Of a stretch of 22,127 nt of DNA, positions 8,171 through 16,964 are shown piece by piece. The stretch covers positions 1 to 22,127 of the forward strand of contig JAZDCY010000079.1 of assembly GCA_036679645.1 (NCBI GenBank). The letters run 5' to 3'. The notes under the pieces are model-generated. The model searched no databases. It saw nothing but the letters and a program-made list of their open reading frames with translations, and was not told the DNA's origin. Each line of letters starts with the position of its first letter. Positions within the stretch are counted from its first letter, which is position 1. A program made the translations under genes and the position numbers. Origin of the DNA: Gemmatimonadota bacterium (lineage in GTDB: Bacteria; Gemmatimonadota; Gemmatimonadetes; Gemmatimonadales; GWC2-71-9).

Positions 8171-8988
8171 GGCTCCGTCTCCTGCGACGCCGAGTGGTAC
8201 AGCTCGCCCGCCTCGACGGCGGACTCGATGGCGTTGCCGCGCCAAGGAAGCGGGCAGGGAAACACGCCATTGTAGGCGCAAAACGGGTTGCGCGCCCGGT
8301 TGAAGTCAGCACGATAGCGGCGGCCGCCCAGGGGAACGAGCGCGAGAAACCGGCCGGCGGGATACGTCCCGTGTCCATTGGTACCGTCACGGAAGAAGAT
8401 GTTCAGCTCCGACTCCTCGGATCCCGGCTCGGGCATGCTGTAGACGATGAGGCGAATTTGCTCGCCGGCCAACTCGCCTACGAACGTGCCGGCGAGCGTT
8501 GCCTCGATCTCGACACCGTCCAGACCGAGCATGCGGCGCCGCTCCCTGCGCTCCGGCGGTTCCAGCGTGCCACTCACGATCAGGGCTGGCTCGTATGGGT
8601 ACCATCCTGGGGCGTGCGTCTCCTCGAGCGGGCCGAACACCGTGACGACACCGTGGCGGCGGTTGCCACTCACGCGGACGTGCCATTCCCCGAACGCAAC
8701 GGCGCGGTTCCGAGGCACGGTTCGCTCGCCCTCTTCAGTCCGCAGCCTGAGTCGAAACCGTCCCCGGTGTAGCGTCGCGGCGGGTAGCTCCTCGAGCCCG
8801 GGCGCGCCGCCAGGCCCGAAGACCAACTCATCTTCCAGCGGTTGATGATAGATGGCAGCCGCCGGCGAGAGCGGCGAGGTCTCGAGCCAATGGGCGAAGT
8901 CGGTCCGTTCCGCCTGAACACCAGGCGGGGTCTGGGCGGCGAGCGTGGCAGCGCCGAGGGACGACCCGAGAAGCAACCAGATACGCAC
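8167..8988 (-). CDS. DUF1684 domain protein, exported
   Basis: FRDGTNGHGTYPAGRFL and DFNRARNPFCAYNGVFPCPLP motifs; GTG 8988 gives a signal peptide. Confidence 0.85.
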   Translation of the reverse strand: MRIWLLLGSSLGAATLAAQTPPGVQAERTDFAHWLETSPLSPAAAIYHQPLEDELVFGPGGAPGLEELPAATLHRGRFRLRLRTEEGERTVPRNRAVAFGEWHVRVSGNRRHGVVTVFGPLEETHAPGWYPYEPALIVSGTLEPPERRERRRMLGLDGVEIEATLAGTFVGELAGEQIRLIVYSMPEPGSEESELNIFFRDGTNGHGTYPAGRFLALVPLGGRRYRADFNRARNPFCAYNGVFPCPLPWRGNAIESAVEAGELYHSASQETEP

Positions 8989-9196
8989 GGGCGGTACGAT
9001 ACTACAGTTGTGCTGTAGGAGCGAGGGCATGTCGTCGATGGAACGCAGCGAACGCACATTGGGTTCCGCGTGTCATAGAGAACCAATCACAGACACCGCC
9101 CAGTCGCTGGTAATAGGGCTCGCCACCCTGCGATCAAGAGCCCATGGCACGTACCTGAGCTCCGCGGCCCACTTTCGCCTCCTTGGCGACACTACA

Positions 9197-11839
9197 CTAG
9201 ATGCCCAGCCAGTACGACAGCTTGACGGCAACGACATTCTCCGACGGCGCCCCGAGCAACGCGTCGAAGTCGCGCCCAAACGAGAAATCGGATACGCCCA
9301 CCCTGAAGTCCTGGCGGTTCTGCTGCCAGATGAGGAAAATCGTCGAACCGGGTCGGTACTCCCACCGCAGCACCGCGTTCCCGCGCAGCGACCGGAAGTT
9401 GAAGTCGCGCTCGGCGACGAAGAAATCCGCGCCGCCGTCACCGGGCGTCACGGTCACACCGCCGCCGGATTCGACGACGGCTCCCCGGTCCACACCGTAC
9501 TCCACAAAATCGAAAGTCCGCGCGGCCTCCAACTCCTTTGGACCCCCGAAGTTGACGGCCGAGATGAGCGGCTGGAGATAGAGCTGAAGGCTGAGACGCG
9601 GCGTGAACGTCCATTCAATACGGGCGACCATCGATACCTCGGTCCGATCGAGTCTCGCAAACACGTACCGCGCACCGAACGTCGAGGCGATGGGATCGGG
9701 AACCGTCTGGACATACTGAGCGACCGTACGTGACCGATCGAACCGCGGCCCGATGCTGATACTGGCTGCCGCCGTCGGACGCAGGCTGAGTGAGAGGCCG
9801 TAGGAACCGGTGAAGCCATCCTCGACATCCCACCGGTAGAAGAAATCGCCGGAGAGTCGAGTAGTGCTGCGGGAATCGGTCGACAAACTGCCCACCACGT
9901 CCATCTGGCTCGGTCGCCGAGCGAGTGGCCCCCCGCGTGTCAGCCGATCGTCGTTCACCTCGGGCAGAACATCGAAACGGACAAACCAACTCCAGAAGTT
10001 GGTGAACGTACCCGACGCCAGCGTAGCGTAGCCCTGAAACAGGAGATCACCGTCCGAGTTCCAGATGAGATTGGCAAAGGGGAGCACCCGTACCGAACGG
10101 AAGATCTTCCCCGGGCGCGTCTCCTGATATCCACCCAGCCACGACAGACCGCGGCGTCCCGCCGAGGTCTCGAACCCAAGGTCGTTTACTTCGAACTCGG
10201 GGCTGACCTCCTGGTAGGTGAGCGAGCCGATCCAGTGACGGCCCGAGTTTTTCGAGAGCGACAGTTGGTAGGCATACCCCGAGAGGGATGTGCGCGCAGG
10301 ATCGAATCGCACCTCGTCCTGATCGGGCCGCTGAAAGTACCGCGCGCTTGACAGTTGCGTCCGCCCGATTGCTTCCGCCGATCCGCGAACGTGACTGAAC
10401 GCAATGGCGCCATCGAATGACCACATCCGATTAGCCCACGAGTTGGCGAAATCGATACCACCCATATACGCATCCGACCGAAGCACCGGCTGAAACCGCG
10501 CCGCGCTCAGCCGGCGATTCACGGCAGTGACCATGGCTCCAACGGTGTTGTTGCCCGATCGAAATTCCCTGCGCACGCGGCCAACGAAGTAGTTAGTGAG
10601 GGGCTCGACCGGCGCGGTCTGCCGGACGCCCGCCCCGTCGAGATAGCGTGCCTCTTCCTCGGCCGTGAGCGCTTCGATCATACCGATCGACCAGCCGCCC
10701 GCGGTCCGACCGCTCAGCTTGGTCGCGCCCAGGATCGTGGTCTGCGTCGGCGTGTCGGGGAAGTTGACGTCAGGACCGCCAACGCCCAGCTGCGGCTGTC
10801 GGCCAATGCGACGCGAGAAGAAGAAGGTCGGGAAACCGGTGCTGTTGAAGCTGCGAATGCTGCCAAACCGAAAAACGTCGGCGCCTTCGACGAAGAACGG
10901 CCGCTTCTCGGGGAAAAAAGTCTCGAAGGCCGAGAGGTTGACGACGGCGGGGTCCACCTCGACCTGCCCAAAATCGGGATTGAAGCTCGCGTCGAGGGTG
11001 AGATCGCTGGTAATACCGTACTTGAGATCCAGGCCAGCTTCCCCGAAGAGATCACTCCCGTCCCGGAACGGATTGTCGGAGGCGACGTCGCGAAATTCGC
11101 CCCGGCCCAACGAGTACGGCATGACCTCGAGCTGGCGCTGCGGCTCGACGCGGCCGAGCCCGACGATGTGGGCGAACCGGTTCACCCCAAAGGTCTCTGT
11201 CTTCGGGATGTAGTTGAGCCAAGCAATCTCGCCTTTGCGGAAGATGAGGCGTCCTGCCTGAATGCCCCAAACAGCATCATCCTCGGAGTTGTAGCGCAGC
11301 TGTGAGAGCGGAATGCGCAACTCCGCAGTCCATCCGAGTGAATCGATGCGCGTCGCGTAGTCCCACACCGGATCCCACGAGGCATCGGAACCGCCCGACG
11401 ACCCCTGTACGGCATCCCGGATTGCACCACCGGCCGTGATCCGGAACCGCACCGCGCTCAGGTGGTCGTGATAGGCGTCGATGAAGAACTCGATCATGTC
11501 GGCGGAGACTGGCGCGTCACGTCGAGCCAGGATTGCCTTGATAGCCGCCGGGTCGCTGTCGAACATCCGGGCACCGATGTAGATCGAGTGGTCGTCGATC
11601 AGGATACGGAGTTCCGTCGGCTCTGACGCCGGCTCGCCCTCATTCGGATCCGTCTGGATGAACTCCGTCGCCGGCACGGCAGCCCGCCAATCGGGCTCGT
11701 CGAGGCGACCATCGATACTGATGGATCCGGTAACTCGCCGGGCCTGGACGGTCGGCACGGAGGCGTGCGGGTCTGTGGCCTGAACGGGGCCCGTCGATTG
11801 GAGAGCAGCGAGCAGCATGACCGGGCCAGCGAGCGACAT
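9197..11839 (-). CDS. CBM9-like + DUF5916 domain protein (probable outer-membrane protein)
   Basis: IDGRLDEPDW, WTAELRIPLSQLRY, NPDFGQVEVD, ETFFPEKRPFFVEG, FFSRRIGR; barrel-like C-terminus VKLSYWL. Confidence 0.88.
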   Translation of the reverse strand: MSLAGPVMLLAALQSTGPVQATDPHASVPTVQARRVTGSISIDGRLDEPDWRAAVPATEFIQTDPNEGEPASEPTELRILIDDHSIYIGARMFDSDPAAIKAILARRDAPVSADMIEFFIDAYHDHLSAVRFRITAGGAIRDAVQGSSGGSDASWDPVWDYATRIDSLGWTAELRIPLSQLRYNSEDDAVWGIQAGRLIFRKGEIAWLNYIPKTETFGVNRFAHIVGLGRVEPQRQLEVMPYSLGRGEFRDVASDNPFRDGSDLFGEAGLDLKYGITSDLTLDASFNPDFGQVEVDPAVVNLSAFETFFPEKRPFFVEGADVFRFGSIRSFNSTGFPTFFFSRRIGRQPQLGVGGPDVNFPDTPTQTTILGATKLSGRTAGGWSIGMIEALTAEEEARYLDGAGVRQTAPVEPLTNYFVGRVRREFRSGNNTVGAMVTAVNRRLSAARFQPVLRSDAYMGGIDFANSWANRMWSFDGAIAFSHVRGSAEAIGRTQLSSARYFQRPDQDEVRFDPARTSLSGYAYQLSLSKNSGRHWIGSLTYQEVSPEFEVNDLGFETSAGRRGLSWLGGYQETRPGKIFRSVRVLPFANLIWNSDGDLLFQGYATLASGTFTNFWSWFVRFDVLPEVNDDRLTRGGPLARRPSQMDVVGSLSTDSRSTTRLSGDFFYRWDVEDGFTGSYGLSLSLRPTAAASISIGPRFDRSRTVAQYVQTVPDPIASTFGARYVFARLDRTEVSMVARIEWTFTPRLSLQLYLQPLISAVNFGGPKELEAARTFDFVEYGVDRGAVVESGGGVTVTPGDGGADFFVAERDFNFRSLRGNAVLRWEYRPGSTIFLIWQQNRQDFRVGVSDFSFGRDFDALLGAPSENVVAVKLSYWLGI

Positions 11840-11955
11840 ACCGTTCCTCCCGCAGGGGGTGAGCGACGATTCTCAAATCGGCCTGCAGTGAATCAGACGC
11901 CTATACCGGGACAAAGGTTGCAGTGCGTCTGCCACCGCTCCAAACGCAAGCAGAC

Positions 11956-11984
11956 TTGCATATAGTAGCACTATTTGCCATTCT
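11956..11984 (+). promoter_or_regulatory. Putative sigma70 promoter with overlapping palindromic operator
   Basis: TTGCAT-17 bp-CATTCT with TGn extension, 8 nt before ATG 11993; inverted repeat GCATATAGT-AGC-ACTATTTGC (11958-11978) spans the spacer. Confidence 0.5.
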
Positions 11985-11992
11985 ACTGGCGT

Positions 11993-13102
11993 ATGGTACG
12001 GAGACGATTCTGGATCAAACAGGTCGAGCAGGCGTGGAGAGAGAGATCGGTGATCTGGCTCTCCGGCGTGCGGCGCGTAGGCAAGACCTTCTTGTGCAAA
12101 GCGCTGCCGCGCGTCGCCTACTTCGACTGCGAGCTGCCACGGATTCGGAGGGAGCTACAGGATCCTGAGGCGTTCCTGGCCGGCGTCGCGGGCAAGCGCG
12201 TTGTCCTGGACGAGATCCACCGTCTTCCGCATCCGACCGAGTTGCTCAAGATCGCCGCGGACCATTTCCCGGATACCCGTATCATCGCCACCGGCTCCTC
12301 CACGCTGGGCGCCACGGCGAAGTTCCGCGATACGCTGACGGGACGGAAGCGCGACATCTGGTTGACCCCCATGGTCACTCATGACCTCATTGATTTTGGA
12401 CAGGACCAGTTGGAACACCGGTTCTTGCGCGGTGGCCTGCCTCCGTTTTTCCTCGCACGCACGTTCCCCGAACGAGACTTCCAGGAGTGGATGGACGCCT
12501 TCTGGGCAAAGGACATTCAGGAACTGTTCCGGCTCGAACGTCGCGGTGCCTTTCTCCGGTTCATCGAGCTGCTGCTCACCAACAGTGGCGGGATCTTCGA
12601 GGCCACTAAATACGCTCGCCCATGTGAAGTCTCCCGCACCACTATCACGAACTATCTGCACGTTCTTTCGGCGACACACGTTGCCCACGTCGTCCGGCCG
12701 TTCAGTCGGCACCGCGCAACCGAGATCGTTGCCGCCCCCAAGGTATACGGCTTCGATACTGGGTTCGTGGCGTACCATCGCGGATGGGACACTCTCAGGG
12801 CAGAGGACATGGGAGTCCTGTGGGAGCACTTCGTCCTCAATGAAATCCACGCGGTTCTGCAAGCCCGGCCGATCAATTACTGGCGGGACAAGCGAGGGCA
12901 CGAGGTCGACTTCGTCTATTTGAAACGGGGGGCGCCGCCGGCGGACTCGTTCGACCCAAGAAACCTGCTAGCGTTCCGAAGAAGATACGCTGCCGGCAAT
13001 AACTGCGTCGTGGCCCGGGACGTTGACCGCGCATACGTGCGGCGATTCTCGGGGCTAGCGGTGACGTTCCTCCCGCTCCCTGCGCTGCTCAAGAAGCTCT
13101 AG
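11993..13102 (+). CDS. AAA_14 ATPase with C-terminal DUF4143 domain
   Basis: Walker A GVRRVGKT, Walker B VVLDEIH, ATGSS, LTGR, GGLP, PKVYGFDTG, YWRDKRGHEVDFV. Confidence 0.9.
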   Translation: MVRRRFWIKQVEQAWRERSVIWLSGVRRVGKTFLCKALPRVAYFDCELPRIRRELQDPEAFLAGVAGKRVVLDEIHRLPHPTELLKIAADHFPDTRIIATGSSTLGATAKFRDTLTGRKRDIWLTPMVTHDLIDFGQDQLEHRFLRGGLPPFFLARTFPERDFQEWMDAFWAKDIQELFRLERRGAFLRFIELLLTNSGGIFEATKYARPCEVSRTTITNYLHVLSATHVAHVVRPFSRHRATEIVAAPKVYGFDTGFVAYHRGWDTLRAEDMGVLWEHFVLNEIHAVLQARPINYWRDKRGHEVDFVYLKRGAPPADSFDPRNLLAFRRRYAAGNNCVVARDVDRAYVRRFSGLAVTFLPLPALLKKL

Positions 13103-13121
13103 AGCGCCTTTGCGCTGCAAT

Positions 13122-13142
13122 GATATCGGAGGAGGGACTCGA
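13122..13142 (-). repeat. att-like copy of the tRNA-Met 3' end (distal boundary of islet)
   Basis: gatatcggaggagggactcga (13122-13142) versus gatagcggaggagggactcga (14512-14532): 20/21 identical; match starts in the T-loop. Confidence 0.85.
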
Positions 13143-13423
13143 TGCCGACGCCGAACCGAGCGAGTTCGCGGCGCGAACGACCCGAGGTGAGGCGGGAAGG
13201 CTTGCGGACGCAAGCCTTCAACCGAGCGAGTTCAACCGGCCACGGTGCTGCGCGGCGGGTGCTCTACAGCGCATTCTCGCAAGAATTGACGGCGGTGCGC
13301 GCAGGACATTCCGCTGAAGCCCGCGAGACTCCTAACCCGGACGATGTGTGCCGTGGTCAGATCGCGAAGCTGCTTTGAAATCACAGGTCGCCAGCTCAGT
13401 CTACTCGATCCTCGACCGAGACG

Positions 13424-14151
13424 TTAGAGCTTTACCAACTGTCCGGCCGTCTCTCTGTAGGAAACGTGGCCTGCTGCAAACACGCCGGGTAGCGGAGCAA
13501 GTGGCATGAGCGCGTTCGCGAGGCCTGAGTTCATCCAGCCTATGGTCTCAAGGACTTCTGTGTGCGCAGCAGCCATGTCACGATCCCAGATGGGTTCATG
13601 GTGCGAAACCCTGTTTCTCACTTCCCGCAACCGGTCGGCGCGGTGGTAGATCTGGGAGCGAGTTCGCTTTGCTTTCGGCAGGAAGGGAAACCCGGTGTTC
13701 AGCATCGCGGGCCACAGGGCGGGTCCGGAAGTGCGACCCTGCTCGTACGGCCGTTTGCAAAGACCGACCCAGAAGCCGAAGCCGAGCCTGCTATCAGGCG
13801 GCCCGGCGTAAGGGGCTTCTTTGTTCGTAGTAGCGTTTCCTTCGCCTCAGCTACGGCCCGAAGCTCTTTGTCTTCGAGGAGGGTTGGATCAGCATCAAGC
13901 CAGCAATCGACGTCGCGGAACTTCAGCTTCGACTCATCAATGAACTTCACGGAGTTATAGTAGATGTGATTGCGAAACGTGACTTCTAGCACATGTAGAA
14001 TGGGTTGCATGGCCGCGCCGAGGGCGAGATTCCATATGTAGCGCGCCACGGCGTCTCGGGAATCGCTATCCTCTTTTGTAGCATAGGCTTGGAGGCGCTC
14101 TTCAGAGAGCGCCCACTTAGGGCTGGCAAGGGAAATGGGTTGATTTTTCAA
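13424..14151 (-). pseudogene. Abi-like (Abi_2/AbiD-AbiF-related) HEPN protein, frameshifted
   Basis: N-half LSEERLQAY...RYIWNL...LEVTFRN; C-half LGFGFW...LWP...LREVRNRVSHHEPI (RxxxxH); the halves join at ATA GCA GG CTC GGC TTC (~13787) with one base missing. Confidence 0.85.
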
Positions 14152-14158
14152 GGACGAG

Positions 14159-14250
14159 GCCCGAGACTTAAGGTGTAATTCCCCGGATTGTCCTCTACTG
14201 CATTAAGCCCTCGGGCGCAGCACGACGCCGGGGTACGGGACCCCGGCTCA
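14159..14250 (-). ncRNA. Candidate structured leader or antitoxin RNA upstream of the Abi-like gene
   Basis: Nested stems CCCCGG/CCGGGG, GUC/GAC and UGCUGC/GCAGUA; loop GCCCGAGGGCUUA is complementary to downstream UAAGUCUCGGGC. Confidence 0.45.
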
Positions 14251-14285
14251 CTTACCATCGTGACCGGGGTCCTGTGTTTCTGCAA
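14238..14285 (-). promoter_or_regulatory. Putative sigma70 promoter of the Abi locus overlapped by an inverted repeat
   Basis: TTGCAG (14285-14280)-17 bp-CACGAT (14262-14257); inverted repeat GGACCCCGG-TCAC...GTGA-G-CCGGGGTCC at 14238-14272. Confidence 0.45.
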
Positions 14286-14464
14286 GGGTTTGCTTGTCCC
14301 ACATTCTGCCCCGAGCTGATCGACTCTCGCCGAACGTCCACAAGGTTCTCCGGGCGCACAACCCAACGACCCTCTTCTGAGACAAGCGCGCCCGCTGGCG
14401 ACGCGAGAGAGTGCAGTTGCGAGAACGAGCAAGCGCGGCGAAGCCGCGCGCACTACGCACGCCG

Positions 14465-14507
14465 AAACAACAAGGAGCCAGGCCGCCGAACCGACAGCCG
14501 GGCTCCT
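14465..14507 (-). terminator. Terminator-like hairpin downstream of tRNA-Met
   Basis: AGGAGCC-C-GGCTGTCG-GTT-CGGCGGCC-T-GGCTCCT followed by TGTTGTTT. Confidence 0.7.
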
Positions 14508-14513
14508 AGTCGA

Positions 14514-14587
14514 TAGCGGAGGAGGGACTCGAACCCCCGACACGCGGATTATGATTCCGCCGCTCTAACCAGCTGAGCTACTCCGCC
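14514..14587 (-). tRNA. tRNA-Met (CAT), probably elongator; CCA not encoded
   Basis: GGCGGAGTAGCTCAGCTGGTTAGAGCGGCGGAATCATAATCCGCGTGTCGGGGGTTCGAGTCCCTCCTCCGCTA folds as a cloverleaf; lacks initiator hallmarks (C1:A72 mismatch, GGG/CCC anticodon stem). Confidence 0.95.
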
Positions 14588-14608
14588 TTGCCTCCCCCCG
14601 GAAACCCG

Positions 14609-15166
14609 TCACTCCTTGAGCACCATGTCGATGCTCATCACCGCCGCCAGGATCAGCTGGCGTAGCCTGCTGTCTGATGGGACCTCCTCCGAGATCTCCA
14701 GGACGTAGTTGTCGGCGCTGGTGAACAACTCCTTACCAATCCCCGCCCACTTCTTGGTAACGTGCGCCAACTCGGTGTCGCCCGCCGTGAACCTGAAGTC
14801 CCAACCGGTCCACTTCCCCTGGAGCCGGCACAGCTCTTCGTCGTTCGGGCCCAGGACGGTGAAGGCTCCTCCCACCGACAGGAGTTTCTGCTGAAATGAG
14901 CCGATATGCTGATCGGCCTCGTCCAGCACCGCCACCTTCGAGCGAAACCATGTCCAGCCGCGCGTGACACGGACAATCGGTTCGCCCTGCGGTGTCGTGA
15001 TGTGAATGTCGAACGGCGTCTGGCCAATGCCGCTCAGTCCGGGTTCGCGACACAGCGCAATCCGCTCACCCGTGTGCGGGTCGAACACGTCGTACTCGTT
15101 CGCCGCCTTGAACATTCCCACATGTTCCTTGACGAGGAACACGTTGCGGTTCAGAACGTCAGCCAT
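14609..15166 (-). CDS. Phospholipid scramblase/LURP-one (Tubby C-terminal-like) family protein
   Basis: GAGGT RBS, ATG 15166; VKEHVGMFKAANEYDV, LQGKWTGWDF, VTKKWAGIGKELFTSADNYVL, IDMVLKE. Confidence 0.85.
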   Translation of the reverse strand: MADVLNRNVFLVKEHVGMFKAANEYDVFDPHTGERIALCREPGLSGIGQTPFDIHITTPQGEPIVRVTRGWTWFRSKVAVLDEADQHIGSFQQKLLSVGGAFTVLGPNDEELCRLQGKWTGWDFRFTAGDTELAHVTKKWAGIGKELFTSADNYVLEISEEVPSDSRLRQLILAAVMSIDMVLKE

Positions 15167-15201
15167 CGTGACACCTCGATGACGCTGCTCGCGCAGGTGT
15201 G

Positions 15202-16784
<1,583 letters not shown>

Positions 16785-16867
16785 TTAGAACACGGATCGA
16801 TCATATGGGGCGCAAGCTACGGGGCAGCGGGGCAAGGGTCAACGCACGCACGGGCCATGGACCCCAC

Positions 16868-16898
16868 AAAAAGAACCCCGGGATCTCTCCCGGGGCTC
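16868..16898 (-). terminator. Rho-independent terminator after the TolB-like gene
   Basis: Minus strand GAGCCCCGGG-AGAGAT-CCCGGGGTTC-TTTTT. Confidence 0.8.
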
Positions 16899-16922
16899 GT
16901 CAAACAACTCCCCCCCCCCCCC

Positions 16923-16964
16923 GCGCATTGCTCACTGCCTACCGCGGACTGCTCATTGCTCACG
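16923..16964. repeat. Degenerate heptamer tandem repeat (6 units)
   Basis: gcgcatt|gctcact|gcctacc|gcggact|gctcatt|gctcacg, adjacent to a C13 tract (16910-16922). Confidence 0.55.

Larger units (their letters stand above)
13122..14532. mobile_element. ~1.39-kb tRNA-integrated genomic islet without integrase
   Basis: Bounded by direct repeats of the tRNA 3' end; cargo is a visibly more AT-rich Abi-like gene. Confidence 0.7.

Noticed and set aside
11993..13102. AAA_14/DUF4143 gene as part of the tRNA islet
   Set aside because: It lies outside the distal att copy and I found no further tRNA fragment upstream of it
13120..13378. Short ORFs in the islet as integrase or excisionase remnants
   Set aside because: No tyrosine or serine recombinase or HTH motifs; they overlap the hairpin module
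14148..14543. 131-aa minus-strand ORF upstream of the Abi gene as a protein antitoxin
   Set aside because: Starts inside the tRNA and crosses its terminator and the promoter candidate; composition is not protein-like
14514..14587. Initiator tRNA-fMet, tRNA-Ile2 or tRNA-Sec
   Set aside because: No C1:A72 mismatch or GGG/CCC anticodon stem; short variable arm and CAT anticodon exclude Sec; Ile2 is less likely by overall resemblance but not formally excluded
16910..16922. C13 homopolymer as a phase-variation switch
   Set aside because: Lies in a 3' untranslated region, not in a reading frame or evident promoter spacer
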